A program made the translations under genes and the position numbers. From Lama glama (Eukaryota), in assembly GCA_028534125.1 (NCBI GenBank), contig CM052818.1, positions 24,306,001 through 24,370,000 on the forward strand: a DNA stretch of 64,000 bases, given 5' to 3'. The number at the start of each line of letters is the position of its first letter. Within the stretch, counting starts at the first letter, position 1. The notes beneath the pieces were generated by a model. That model did not search any database, had not been told where the DNA came from, and saw nothing but the letters and a program-made list of their open reading frames with translations. Shown here one piece after another: positions 24,271-35,655 of this stretch.

Positions 24271-26394
24271 GCCTCCTCTGGGCTGTCCTCCCCTTCAGTG
24301 GACTTCATCGGCAAAGCAAAGACAAGCATGTAGGAGGCTTATGGTTTTGTGACCCCGACTACAACATGTGGTCCTGCAGCTCAGAAGATGAGAAACTAGA
24401 GAAGTCATATGTCTCTTCTGGAATTCTTGAATGTACATTAACCACATTGCCTTCTACCCCCATACTCTGTTAACCCAGAAGAGCCATGATTAACTGAGTT
24501 TGAGAAGCAAGAAAAATGCTAAATGCTAAAATCGTCCATGTACCTAACCTGTCCAGTTATTGTCTATTCCCTTCTCTCCTGCCGTATTTATTTCCTCTTA
24601 TTCCTAAGTAGTAAAGGAACTTTAATTGTAGCTTTCTGTCTTTGTCTGCACTATCTCTGTGACGTTTAACTTCCGTATTTGGCTGAACAGTGAGTGTAGC
24701 TTTTCTCCATACTTAAAATTGTTTACTGGTCTGCCTTTCTTTTTCATATATTACAAGATGATGTAAATTAGTGACGACAGAGGGTACCAGAGGATGCTTG
24801 TTACCTTATGTCAGCACTGCCACCAAATTTAAAAAGTTATACTCTCTGCTCCTGGAGGTCATGAACAGTAAGAATTCTTGGTTAAGAGGTTTTCCTAGAG
24901 TAAGGAACCCCCATGGCAGTTCAACGGAAACAATCCTATCCACAGCAAGTTGGAATTTTTAGCTGTTTTTTTAAAAGTTTAGTTCCAAGTTACTCTTGCT
25001 TCTGAACTACATTCTCTCTAAGGCAGGAAAACAACAAAACACTTTGAACTAAACTCAGATGACTGTCCAAAGACAACGTGTATACACTTCATACAGAGCA
25101 GGAGTCAAGTGTGTCTGTAACTAATTTGCTTTTGAGTAAAGTAGTTTTGTTTTATGTTTAAGCTTTTGCAGGTGCATCATTGATCTGTGTGGAGTAAATT
25201 CATTGTCTATATGTTTATAAATAGAATGAATTAGAATATTTAACAGAAGCCCCCAACTGTTCCCTTTCAACAGAGAACATTTCCCTGTCACACACGTATG
25301 TTTATTATTTACCAAGATGAAGGTGGGAAAGCAACATTAAGCCCTATTAGCAGAGAGTTTCATTTTTAGGGCACAATCAACCAAAAACATTTCCCAAAGG
25401 ACAGCTTTCATCCCCACAGACTAAACGTTACAATCTTGAAACTGAGTTTTAAAGGAGCTATTCCGTTTCATTTGAATCTCAGCATGTCTGAGTTTTGCAG
25501 ATGAACTGAAAGATGGGAAGAGAGAGAGCTACCTATCCAGGAATTCAATCAGCTGGGGTGCCTCTGGGGTAGCTCAGCATCTCAGAATATCTGGACATGG
25601 TGTTGGAGGAGGATGGATGCATTACCAAGGGAAGAAGGCTGCGAGGGTCCTTTCTGAGTTGCTGTTAATGTGGAAAATGATCTCAATATGGGTGAGTTCT
25701 GAGATGGCTTAAACTGATATGTTGTAGGAAGCGATTCATCTGGCCTACACGTGGTCTGATAGAATAGTAGACTGTTCTAGACTATTAAGAATATTCATAT
25801 AATAATATGATAAATGTAAACATAAGTATAGGCATAAATATAAAGGTAAAAATAAAATAATAATATAAAGGTTATTAAGCCTGGATCTCTGGCCATATCT
25901 AGGGCTAAAATAGCCTGCACAAGTTAGTTATTTGAATAACTAAAGCATATTCTATAGGTTTGAATTCTTTTAGGCAAAAGGAGCATCTTTCCTGGTATCC
26001 CATGACTTCTGTAGCCATTGTAAACTATATTCTCTTAAATTAATGTGTTTCTGTTTGATTGTTAATTTAATAATCAGTTCTTAACATAGAAAGCCATTGG
26101 GATATTTTGAGGTGGATCTGGGTCTTTGGTCCTAAAGTTTTCCAGTCTTTCAGTCCCCTGAGTTTTGAGTCCTTATATTTACCTTTTTTTTTTTTCACAG
26201 TAAGGCTATCAGTGTACCTGACTCCTCTATGCTCATTTAAAATTTGTTGCTTCCCTGCTTTGCACATAGAATAAGAGTAAATGGTAGGTGTTCATTATGA
26301 ACATAAATGACAATCTTCGGAAGTCAAGATCTTAGCACCTTCCCTGGTGGATGGTCTTTGTGACCGTTGTTGTGGCCCCCAGAGGCATCGTCTG

Positions 26395-26620
26395 TAGTAA
26401 CGTATTGATTGAGAGCATGGACTCAGGGCAATGATTGTGGGCCAGACTAGCTGGAGTTTAAATCCTTACTCTGTTACTCATAACCTGCAGAGGTTCATAA
26501 ATATTCAGCCTCTCTTCATTTCAGTTTCATCATCTATAGAATGAGGATAATAGAATCTATTTCAAATGATTAGATCCCATTAGTCAGTGCCTTCCATGTA
26601 AGTACTCAGTAAATGTCAGA
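26395..26620 (+). mobile_element. MIR
   Basis: AAATCCTTACTCTGTTACTCA...TCAGTTTCATCATCTATAGAATGAGGATAATAG...GTAAGTACTCAGTAAATGT. Confidence 0.7.
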
Positions 26621-27648
26621 TGCTATCCTGGTTGTCTTTAGTTACTTTCCAGCTGGTTGTTTACAGAAGTCCAAGAGAAGCTGGTTGGGAATTAGGCAGG
26701 GGGATTTCTTCTCTTACTTTTCTTAAAGAAAAAAAAAAAAAGACCACTGCTGAGTTTTGTGACTCTGTGTGTATGGTACGTGTGTGTACTTGTGTGTGTG
26801 TGTATATGTGCTTGTGTTTAAGGTAGGGGCACTCAAGGTAATTGGTTGTCTTCTACTAGCCTAGAAAAAATGATAACTGCAGAAAGTGATCAAAACTGTA
26901 AGATGCAGCCCAGAGTGTATCCCGTCAGCAAAATCATCATTTTGGTGGAGAGAGGGAGAGGGGCAAGATGCGATGTGGAAACCAGGGCACTAGGGCTAGT
27001 AAGGAACACAGGCAAGGTCAGAGATCAGACTTTTTCCTTTTACGTAACACTGTGCTGTTTACAAGGTTCCTAAGTCTCTATTTCATCTTCACACCAACCG
27101 TTTGAGGCATTAGCGCATTTATTTCAGGGCAGAGGGAGTGCCACACTGATGGATTCACTGTAGGAGCTCCACCAATGGATTCTGAAGAGAGAGTGCCAAG
27201 AAAGAGGGAAGCAACTAAGACTTGTAAACAGGAAAAAGCATAAGTTCAGAGAATTAGATGTGTTGAAATAAATGGCAGAGCTGAAACTGGAAACCTAGTA
27301 GTATGTTGACACCTCATCTGGTATCTTGATCCTCCACCAAGTGGTCAGTTGTTGGGTCTAGAACTCATCTACCTCCCTTTCCTATGCTATCAGCAGGTCA
27401 AACTCAGGAGAAACTGCCTGGCTGGGTACCCACTCTCAGCTCCCACAAAGCCTTCGTGGCAATGATTTCTTTTATTATCCCTTTGAAGAGTATTTTAACA
27501 AGTTTCCACCTGGATTAAGTTGTTTGGCCAGAGAAGTAAGGAGTGTTGCCTTTTGATTCCTTGTGTTCTGTATCTCTTTGCCTCTGAGAGATCTCTGTGA
27601 TGGTGATATAAGTATGCCTGAGAAGTTTTTATAAGATACATGGAGTTA

Positions 27649-28219
27649 GTGCACTAATATTCACATTACAGGGGTCCCAGAAAGAGAACGGAGAGATAAA
27701 GAACCTGAGAAAATTTTTGGAGAGATAATAACTAAAAACTTCCCCAACTTGGGAAAGGAAACAGTCACCCAAGTCCAGGAAGTGCAGAGAATTCCCCACA
27801 GGATCAACCCAAAGCGGAACACACCAAGGCACATAGTCATCAAATTGATAAAAATTAAGGATAAGGAGAAAATATTAAAATTAGCAAGAGAAAAGCAACA
27901 AATAACATACAATGGAACTCCCATAAGGTTTTCAGCTGATTTTTCAGCAGAAACTCTACAGGCCAGATGGGAGTGGCATGATATATTTAAAGTGATGAAA
28001 GGAAAAACCCTACAAGCAAGAGTACTCTATCCAGTGAGGCTCTCATTCAGATATAACAGAGAAATCAAAAGTTTCACAGATAAACAAAAGCTCAAAGAAT
28101 TCAGCACCACCAAACCAGCTTTACAATGAATGTTAAAGGAACTTCTGTAGTCATCAAACCATAAGAAAAGAGAACAAAAAGAAGAACGACAAGAAAAAAA
28201 AAAGAAAAAGACCTACAAA
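27649..28219 (+). mobile_element. LINE-1 ORF1 C-terminal half plus start of the inter-ORF spacer (defective)
   Basis: ORF 27749-28129 (QVQEVQRIPHRINPKRNTPRHIVIKLIKIKDKEKILKLAREKQQITYNGTPIRFSADFSAETLQARWEWHDIFKVMK...TTKPALQ) is typical L1 ORF1p. A premature TGA at 28127-28129 precedes MLKELL* ending at 28150. Confidence 0.95.
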
Positions 28220-28516
28220 GGATTGCTTTGGCAATTCGGGATCTTTTATGGTTCCATATAAATTTTGGAATTGTTGCTCTAGTTCTGAGAAGAATGTCGT
28301 GACTATTTCGACAGGGGTTGCATTGGATCTGTAGATTGCTTGGGTAGTGTGGCCATTTTGATGTTAGTTCTTCCAATCCAAGAGCACAAGATATCTTCCC
28401 ATTTCCTTGTAACATCTTCAGTTTCCCTCACCAGTGTTTACAGTTTTCATAGTATAGGTAACCTCCTTGGTTAAGTTGATTTCTAAGTATTTTGTTCTTT
28501 TTGATGCAATGGAAAT
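28220..28516 (-). mobile_element. LINE-1 ORF2 internal fragment (post-RT region), antisense
   Basis: The minus-strand peptide IPKFIWNHKRSRIAKAIL and upstream KYLEINLTKEV-like sequence match L1 ORF2p. The fragment is frameshifted. Confidence 0.9.
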
Positions 28517-28573
28517 GTTTATGCCAGTTATAAAATTCTGGTTTTTGAAGTGGAAAAAGAAAAGTGAATGAAG

Positions 28574-28750
28574 GGCTGCAAATGGCAAAATATCCTTCTT
28601 TCTTTAGGTGAGTTGTATTCCATTACATATATATGCTGCATCTTCTTTATCCATTCATCTATTGATGTGCACTTATGATGCTTTCATATCTTGGCAATTA
28701 TAAATAATGTTGCTGTTAATAGCAGGGCGTATATATCTTTTTAAATTAAT
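28574..28750 (-). mobile_element. LINE-1 ORF2 C-terminal fragment, antisense
   Basis: GCTGCAAATGGCAAAAT...CATCTTCTTTATCCATTCATCTATTGATG...CATATCTTGGCAATTATAAATAATG is the reverse complement of the ORF2 end. It is homologous to 56390-56494 in this window. Confidence 0.85.
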
Positions 28751-31250
28751 TCTTATTTTGTGGTTGGCTTTGTTCCTTTGATAACTATGTAAGTTTAGAA
28801 AGCTAAAGCTCTAAATGTTCTTAGAAACAATGGACATATATATAAATTATATATATAAATATATATATATATAAATAAACAGTACATATTACATTACATT
28901 ACATAATTATATATATAAATAAACAGTACATATATATAAATTCAAAAAAATATGTGCAGTACATTGTGTATATGTATTTATATGTGATACATGGTATATG
29001 TGCAGTCAAATTGTAACAATTCTACCTAATAAAACTGAAAAATAAAAAAATAAAAAAGATACATGGAGTTATTCAGAGTTAGAGTTGGGGGAAGGGTTAT
29101 GACCAAAATAATAATAATACTATGCTGTGTTGAAGTTAGTGGAATGTCTGCTTCTACTACTATTGCTGTGAAGCTCATGTGACAATGCCAGGGTCCTATT
29201 ATGGCTCTTAACTCCAAGTAAACAGATCCTCGGACTTGGGTGATTCCTTTTACTCCAGTATTCCTGCTGCCTTAAAAGAAGGTGGTTACAGTAGCAATTT
29301 ACCCGTGAATCCTCATGACACCTGACACACTGCTGTTATCCTGTGCTGTCTAAACTTAGCTTTGTTCCTGACCTACTCTGTTTCTTGCATCCATCCATGT
29401 ATTAATCAACCAGTTAATTCAGCAAAAATCTGTGAACTTCTTAACTGGGCCTTGTTTTGTGCTTCATCTAGAGACTTGAAGAAGATGAAGTGAGTTCTCT
29501 TTCTCCCCCAAGCTTAGAATTTAGTGGGAAAAAGAAAAATAATTATAACACAAAGTGATACAATCACAGTGATAGAGATATGCACAGAGTGCTGTGGGAG
29601 TCCAGGAGTTGTCGGTCTGCAGTTGTTTTAGTTTAATTTCTTTTCTTTTTTTCCTTTCCATTTTCTTTTTTTTTTTAAGATTTTACTTAAAAACTTTTTT
29701 TTTCGTTTTTTAAAAAAATTTGTTTTTACTGAAGTATTAAACAGTGATTCTAAAACATGTTTGTTACAAAGTGCTAAATCCTCTTGGAAATTGTGAAAAA
29801 TATGTCGAAATCTCATCCAAACTGTCTGAAAATGATAATCACTTACTTCACAATTAGGACCATACTGGAAATTCACAGCATGTTGACTAATTCCATGATG
29901 GAAAATAATCGCTAAATAAGCATGATTCCTCCAAATATATATACTTGTTAGACAGATGGGGGCATCAAATATATATTAAATCTTCATGCAGAAAGTTTCA
30001 GTGTGTTAAAGTCAGTTAGTGTAACAGCTTCTCTGAATTTAATACTATGACAAATTCAGTAAATAAAGTGAATTTCCCTGAATTCAGATGTACATTCTAG
30101 TTCAACTCAGTGTCTAAGACTTTAAATCTGTGTCAGGAAGGAAATAAAAGCACTTTAAGCATGGGGTTTTCACTGTTTTGTCTTAACGAGTACATTACTT
30201 TGAACACTTTTTTTTTTTAAAGCTTTTACCTTTACATTTTTTGGCGAAATGAATTCTAACCCTTGCTTTAAAGTTAATTTAACTTTGTATTAGGCTGAAT
30301 ATTTAGAAATAAATTTGAATCATGTTTTTCTTAGTTTAGCTCATAATCCCCAATAATGTCTCCTGGGACAATCCTCCCAAATTTCCTGTTCTTTTGTTTA
30401 GATTCTGTTGCACTGAAATCAGCGACAAGATGCAGAAGTGAGAGAACCTTCCTTGTAGTATTTCAGGAGGCTGTCAAATATTGATAGTCTGAGACATTTT
30501 AAAATGCTGGTTTATGGACGGTTGTGACCATAAAGGTCATTTACTTTGCCCCCGAGAGAAAAGTTGGTAAATTAAAATTTGCATTTTGGGTCCTTCATTT
30601 TTTCGATCTGCCTTTCCCTATTGGAAAATATAATGCTTAGGGGAAAGTGAGATTCTGATGACTTATCTCCCTGCTAGGAAGATTGTAAGTAATAAAATAA
30701 AGAGTAAAGGCGGGAGATAGAATGGAGTGCAGAAGGAAGTCCATGTTTGAATCCGGGTCCTCAGACCCAGTTCTACCACTAACAGACCAGCAACTTTGAA
30801 CAAGTTGTGTTATTTCTCTGAGCTTCAGATTTCTGTAAACTCAGTTTTCTATAAAATCAAAGAGTTGAAGTAAATGATTTATACAGTTTCTTCCATCTCA
30901 AAAAAAATGGTTACTCTCCTTTGGAGAGAAAACACTAAAAAAAATCACATAACACTTAATAAGATTTGCAGTCAAGTATGAGGAAATTTGATTTATATTT
31001 CTTTTTGTTTTTAAATCACTCCTTGCCTTAGTTTTCTTGGTATATTCACTTACAAAAAAGGGACATGTTGAAATACAACAAATAATATAAAAACCAAGTA
31101 AGAGAAGCTTAAATCCTTTCTTAGGGAGTCTTGATAAGTTTTGAACTTGCAAAATTATATACGTCCACTGGGTTGATCTGTTAAAATGGTCATATCAAAT
31201 TTATTTCAATGTCTTATTATATAAATTGACATTCCTGTCACTGTGTATCT

Positions 31251-31360
31251 AGGGTAGCCACTTAATTTATTGTCCAGATCAGAGTACTTTTTTGAGCAAA
31301 GGGGGGCACTATTAATAATATGCAGGTGTGTTAATTAGGAAGCGTAACATAATCATCCCA
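31251..31360. mobile_element. MER94-like hAT relic
   Basis: AGGGTAGCCACTTAATTTATTGTCCAGA...AAAGGGGGGCACTATTAATAAT...AATCATCCC resembles recalled MER94. Confidence 0.5.
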
Positions 31361-32575
31361 ATTTTAATCATTCTCTAAGTGTGTGCGGTTTCAGAAAAGT
31401 AGAGATTGCATTTCTGCTGAAGACACTTGCAATAAGAGAGCAACAGTCATCAGAAGTGAAAGACTTTGATGTTTTGTCTGTTTGCTTCACCTACCCATAT
31501 CCTATCCATTTTTTTTTTAATGAAGCGAGTCAAAAATCTTAATGCAACTTGGCTGGTCAGCACATCTGCTGGAATGGAGACAGCTATGAGGAATTAATTA
31601 GATTAGAGGCAGTGGAAGAGGGAATCCATTATGTGCCTAAACCACAGCTCCAATGGTATGCTAGTCAAACCACATTGGCATGTTTCCTTTTTTTTTTTTT
31701 TTTTTGGTACAGATTAAACAATTGATTTTTCTTCTCCATCTTCAGGGAAAATGTAGGAGCAGATCTGTGGGATTTTAAGTATAGTGTTGTCTGCCACACT
31801 CAAGAAGTTACCAATTATGTCTTTATTTAAGAAAAGAAAAAGAGAATCTCTGAAGTCCCTTCCAGCTTTAAAATGTAATTATAAATGTAAAAGTCCCTTC
31901 CTGAGACCCCGTGACCTTGTCTTACCTTGTCTTGTTCTTGAACTTGGTTGTGCAAGACTAGAGGAATGCTAGTTGAGCTTCTAAGCTGCCATGCCTCTCT
32001 AGGCTGCCCCCGTTAGCCTATTTCATGCATTCTGTGGACTCCTCAGGGTCTTGTCCTTAAATACTCTTCCAGTCCCTCCTACAACAACTATCTGAGCTAG
32101 ATGGTCCATGCTCTTTTTTATCCAGATGACACAGATCTGCCTGTGTCCTTCCTCCCCAGTATTACCATCTGCAAAGGGCTTTCTCATATTGATACCCACC
32201 ATCTTATTATAAATATACCTCACTGTCTTTCTTCTTTTAACCCATAGTATTTTTTTTCAGGATGGCTGTGTAGGAGGAGAAAGAACATTGTATTGATCTC
32301 TAGGCATAAGCCAATTAGTTACAATCAAATTAACTTAATTTTTTCTATAATACATATATTGACTCATCATAATGGTATGACAAACGAAGCTTATTTATTG
32401 ATTTATTTAAAAAAGGGAAAAGGTATTGCAAAGTTACATTAACAGTGAGTGAATAAACTTTTAAGAGACTAAAACAAGTCCTCCTTTAAGCAGAAGAGAA
32501 GATGGAACAAAAACATATTTGAAGAATTCAGTATTTAAATTAATGAAGTTATAGGTAATTATAGATCAGTCAAGG

Positions 32576-33045
32576 TGTTACCAGGAAAAGGGAAGTAAGA
32601 ATTACCTTGGTACTTAGTCACCCGAAAAAAAAAAAAGGAATTTTTGAAGAGAGACAGAAAACATGATATAAGCAAGATTTTTATTAATGAAGCAAAAAAA
32701 TAGTAAAAGATAGTATACTCCCAAGAATTGGGAGCAGGCCAATCCGAGAGAGGAAAAATGGTGCCGTTCCTTTGCTTTTCCCTGTTTTTAATATCCTGGT
32801 TTCATGATTGATCGATTGATTGATTGACAACTCAGGTTCCCTACACTCTGGCACGCCCTCCCCTTTTGGGCAGGTTCACTGGGTCAGGTTATACCAGGGC
32901 CCCCTCCCATGTGCAGCTGCAGCGCTTCGATTTTAACTGGCTGCTTTTACTGGCCCTCATTTAGAGAAAGTAAACATTTCTGGATTGTTCCTTTCCCCTT
33001 TCTTTCCCCCTGCCCAGTGCTCATTTCTATCTCAACTGCCTAACA
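32576..33045 (-). mobile_element. Probable solo LTR (ERV1-like), antisense to SLC8A1
   Basis: Termini TGTTA...TAACA, 470 bp long, GC-richer than its flanks. Minus-strand AATAAA (TTTATT ~32680) and a TATA-like TATTAAAAA (~32790) occur in the expected order. No clean TSD. Confidence 0.6.
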
Positions 33046-33962
33046 TTGGCAAGAACAATAGAGAATTTAGCACAAGGAAAAATCAGTCAGCCAAATACAG
33101 AATCAGAATTATTAGACCTGGAAGTATCTTTTAATAAAAAAAAATTTGATAGTTTTAATTGACCACATGTTTAATGTTACTGTGCAGAATGTTTAAGTAA
33201 CATTATGTAATGGTCCCAGTGTGCTACGCACACCATCGCAATAAAACACACCTTGTTGCTACATCACATGTGGAACCTAATACATGGATGCAAACATGTA
33301 CAGATGTTTATTTTCCCCAGTCTACCTGTCTCAGTGGCTAGACCTGCAGCAGTTCCCAGAGTTTTGATCTCAACACAGGATATTGTTTTCCAACAAAATC
33401 AACACATATAATAAAAGGCAGCAAAGAATGCAGTTTCAGCCCTTAGTAGTTCTGTAATCACTTTGATTTGTGTTTCATTTCATAAAATACTTGAAGGGCA
33501 TGAACAATATTTTTACAATAGGGAAATCCAAGTTTCAGTTTTCTGTTTTGAGATTGTTCTTACAGTTAAGGTGCTATTTAAACATTAAGTTATTTCTCTT
33601 GCATACTTCTTATAAATTTCCTTTTTCAATTGGTATAAAATACAATGCACAAGAAAGGAATTTTCTTAGCTGGCTGTTGGGTGGGAAATCAGTCTGCGTA
33701 ATTCAGGCAATACCTAGTGATACACTTCATCAAGTCCCTGCAAGGGGTCAGCTCATGGTTCTTGAGAATATAATGCATCTTCTATTTACATCTGTTACAC
33801 TCCTACTTACTTATCCAGGGATTAGTAAATGTACATATCTGCCTTATAAATGAAGAAAATTGCAGTAAAACTTCTTGACACACATTACACCTTTGTATAC
33901 CTTTGAGTTCCTACTTAAAGGGATGTTGATTTTTTAAACAAATAATTTACTTTGTTGGTGGG

Positions 33963-34058
33963 ATTTTTTGGTTTTAGTTTTTTTTTTCGGTGGGAAGGTA
34001 ATTAAGTTTATTTATTTAGTTATTTTAATGGCGCAAACTCCATTGGGGATGGAGCTCA
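33963..34058 (-). mobile_element. Partial, degenerate copy of the same SINE (3' half)
   Basis: Poly(T) followed by GGGAAGGTAATTAAGTTTATTTATTT...TTTTAATGG is the reverse complement of the tail of the 48392-48530 element. Confidence 0.6.
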
Positions 34059-35424
34059 CATGATTTGCCTGTTTTTTTATTTTTCATTGTCATGGAATGG
34101 ATTTTTATCGATATATAAAGAAAAAGTTCTATAGGAAACACTCAAAATGTTACCATGGTGACCTGTGCATGGTAGGATTTGTTTTTTTTTTTTTTTACAT
34201 TTTCTAATTTTTTAAACAATAAACATATACTCATTCTTTAATAATTGAAATATTTCACTAAAAAATACATATATTATCTTACTGGGTTCTCTCTACACAA
34301 CCTCCTATCAGAGAGCTGCCCCTGGAGGAGAGGAAATCAGTGAGAAGGTCTGAAGGGCTGGAAGGTGGGGAAGGGCAGACACACAGGAGGAGGGCGTGAA
34401 CCCCTTGTGCAGGCTAGACACGTAGTCTAGCACTGAGCTGTGTGCCCTCCCCCAGGATGCTGATTTAGATGATGCTGTGTATATGGGGTAAAGCTTCAGA
34501 CAAGCTGCAAGTCACGAGTGTTTTCATGCGGTATGAAACTCACATGGTATTTAGAAGGAAGGAACAAATATAAGGTGTGAAGTAAGTCAAAGCCAGTAAC
34601 ATCTGAATTCTTCCAGACTTTTCCTTTATTAAGGAAAAAAAGGGATCTGAGTGTAAAGATTCTTAAAATAGATAATTTTAAAAATTAAAAATGATAACCA
34701 GAAAATAAACCCTCTAAATTAGACTCTAACTTTTCAGAGGGCACTTCAGTGGAACCAGTAACAACAGAAGTGTCCATTAGAAGTTTTCATCGATCATAAA
34801 ATTGCATTTGTGTATTTCTAGTTGATGCTATCATGGTAATACTCTGTATTTTTATTATTGTGACTGACTTTCACCTTTTCGATTTTAGCTGCTTCGTGAT
34901 TTTTTTGTGAACACTGAATTTGCCAGTGATTTCAGAAATCAATAAAATTACCCATGCAGGCAATACAGCCTAAGCATATTTTTAGCAAGGAAACCATCTG
35001 AACATCCTTGCTCTTAAAGCAATGTTCCCTTCCTGTGGTCAAGAAGTAGCTTCAATTAAGAGTGCATGCCCCATCCAAGGCAGTGTTAATTTTACAGCAA
35101 TGCGATGACTAGATATTGTCAAACTTTAGTCCAGTGCCCGATATGCTGTAAATGGATGTAAATAGATGACGACAAAATGAATGGAAATGAATGTGCTATT
35201 CCTCTGTTTTGAAGAGCCTTTGCATTCTCAGGATTAAGTGACACATTTGTGAAAACTAGTTATATGAGGGGTAAGTTAAATATACTTCGTATGCCATCGT
35301 AGTCACAAGTCAGCTCATCCATAGGGTTATTCACAAGAGTCCTACTTGTAGGAGATTGCTTTCTCCATGGTATTAACATGTTCTGACACATCACTAAGCT
35401 GCCTGTTCCTAGTATGAACAGTAT

Positions 35425-35655
35425 AGCCTGGTCCTGAAGAGCATGGGTTTTGGACTCAGATCATTCGATTCAAACCCCAGCTCAGATATTTATTTGGAAG
35501 GTGATGGGCTAGTTAGTTCATGCCTCTCTTCTCCAGTTTTCTCATCTATTAAACAGGATAAATAGCTCCACATCAACGATTTTTATGAGAGGCAAGCGAG
35601 ATAGTAAAAAGGTGAGAGCCATGTTTGCCACATGGTAAAAACTGACCATTGTTAA
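35425..35655 (+). mobile_element. MIR
   Basis: AAGAGCATGGGTTTTGGACTCAGA...TTCAAACCCCAGCTC...CAGTTTTCTCATCTATTAAACAGG. Confidence 0.7.

Larger units (their letters stand above)
27649..29055 (+). mobile_element. Composite L1-mediated retro-insertion with A-rich tail and 16-bp target-site duplication
   Basis: AAGATACATGGAGTTA occurs at 27633-27648 and again at 29056-29071. The right copy is preceded by AATAAA and an A-rich tail. The interior is L1 fragments, spacers and an AT microsatellite. Confidence 0.85.
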
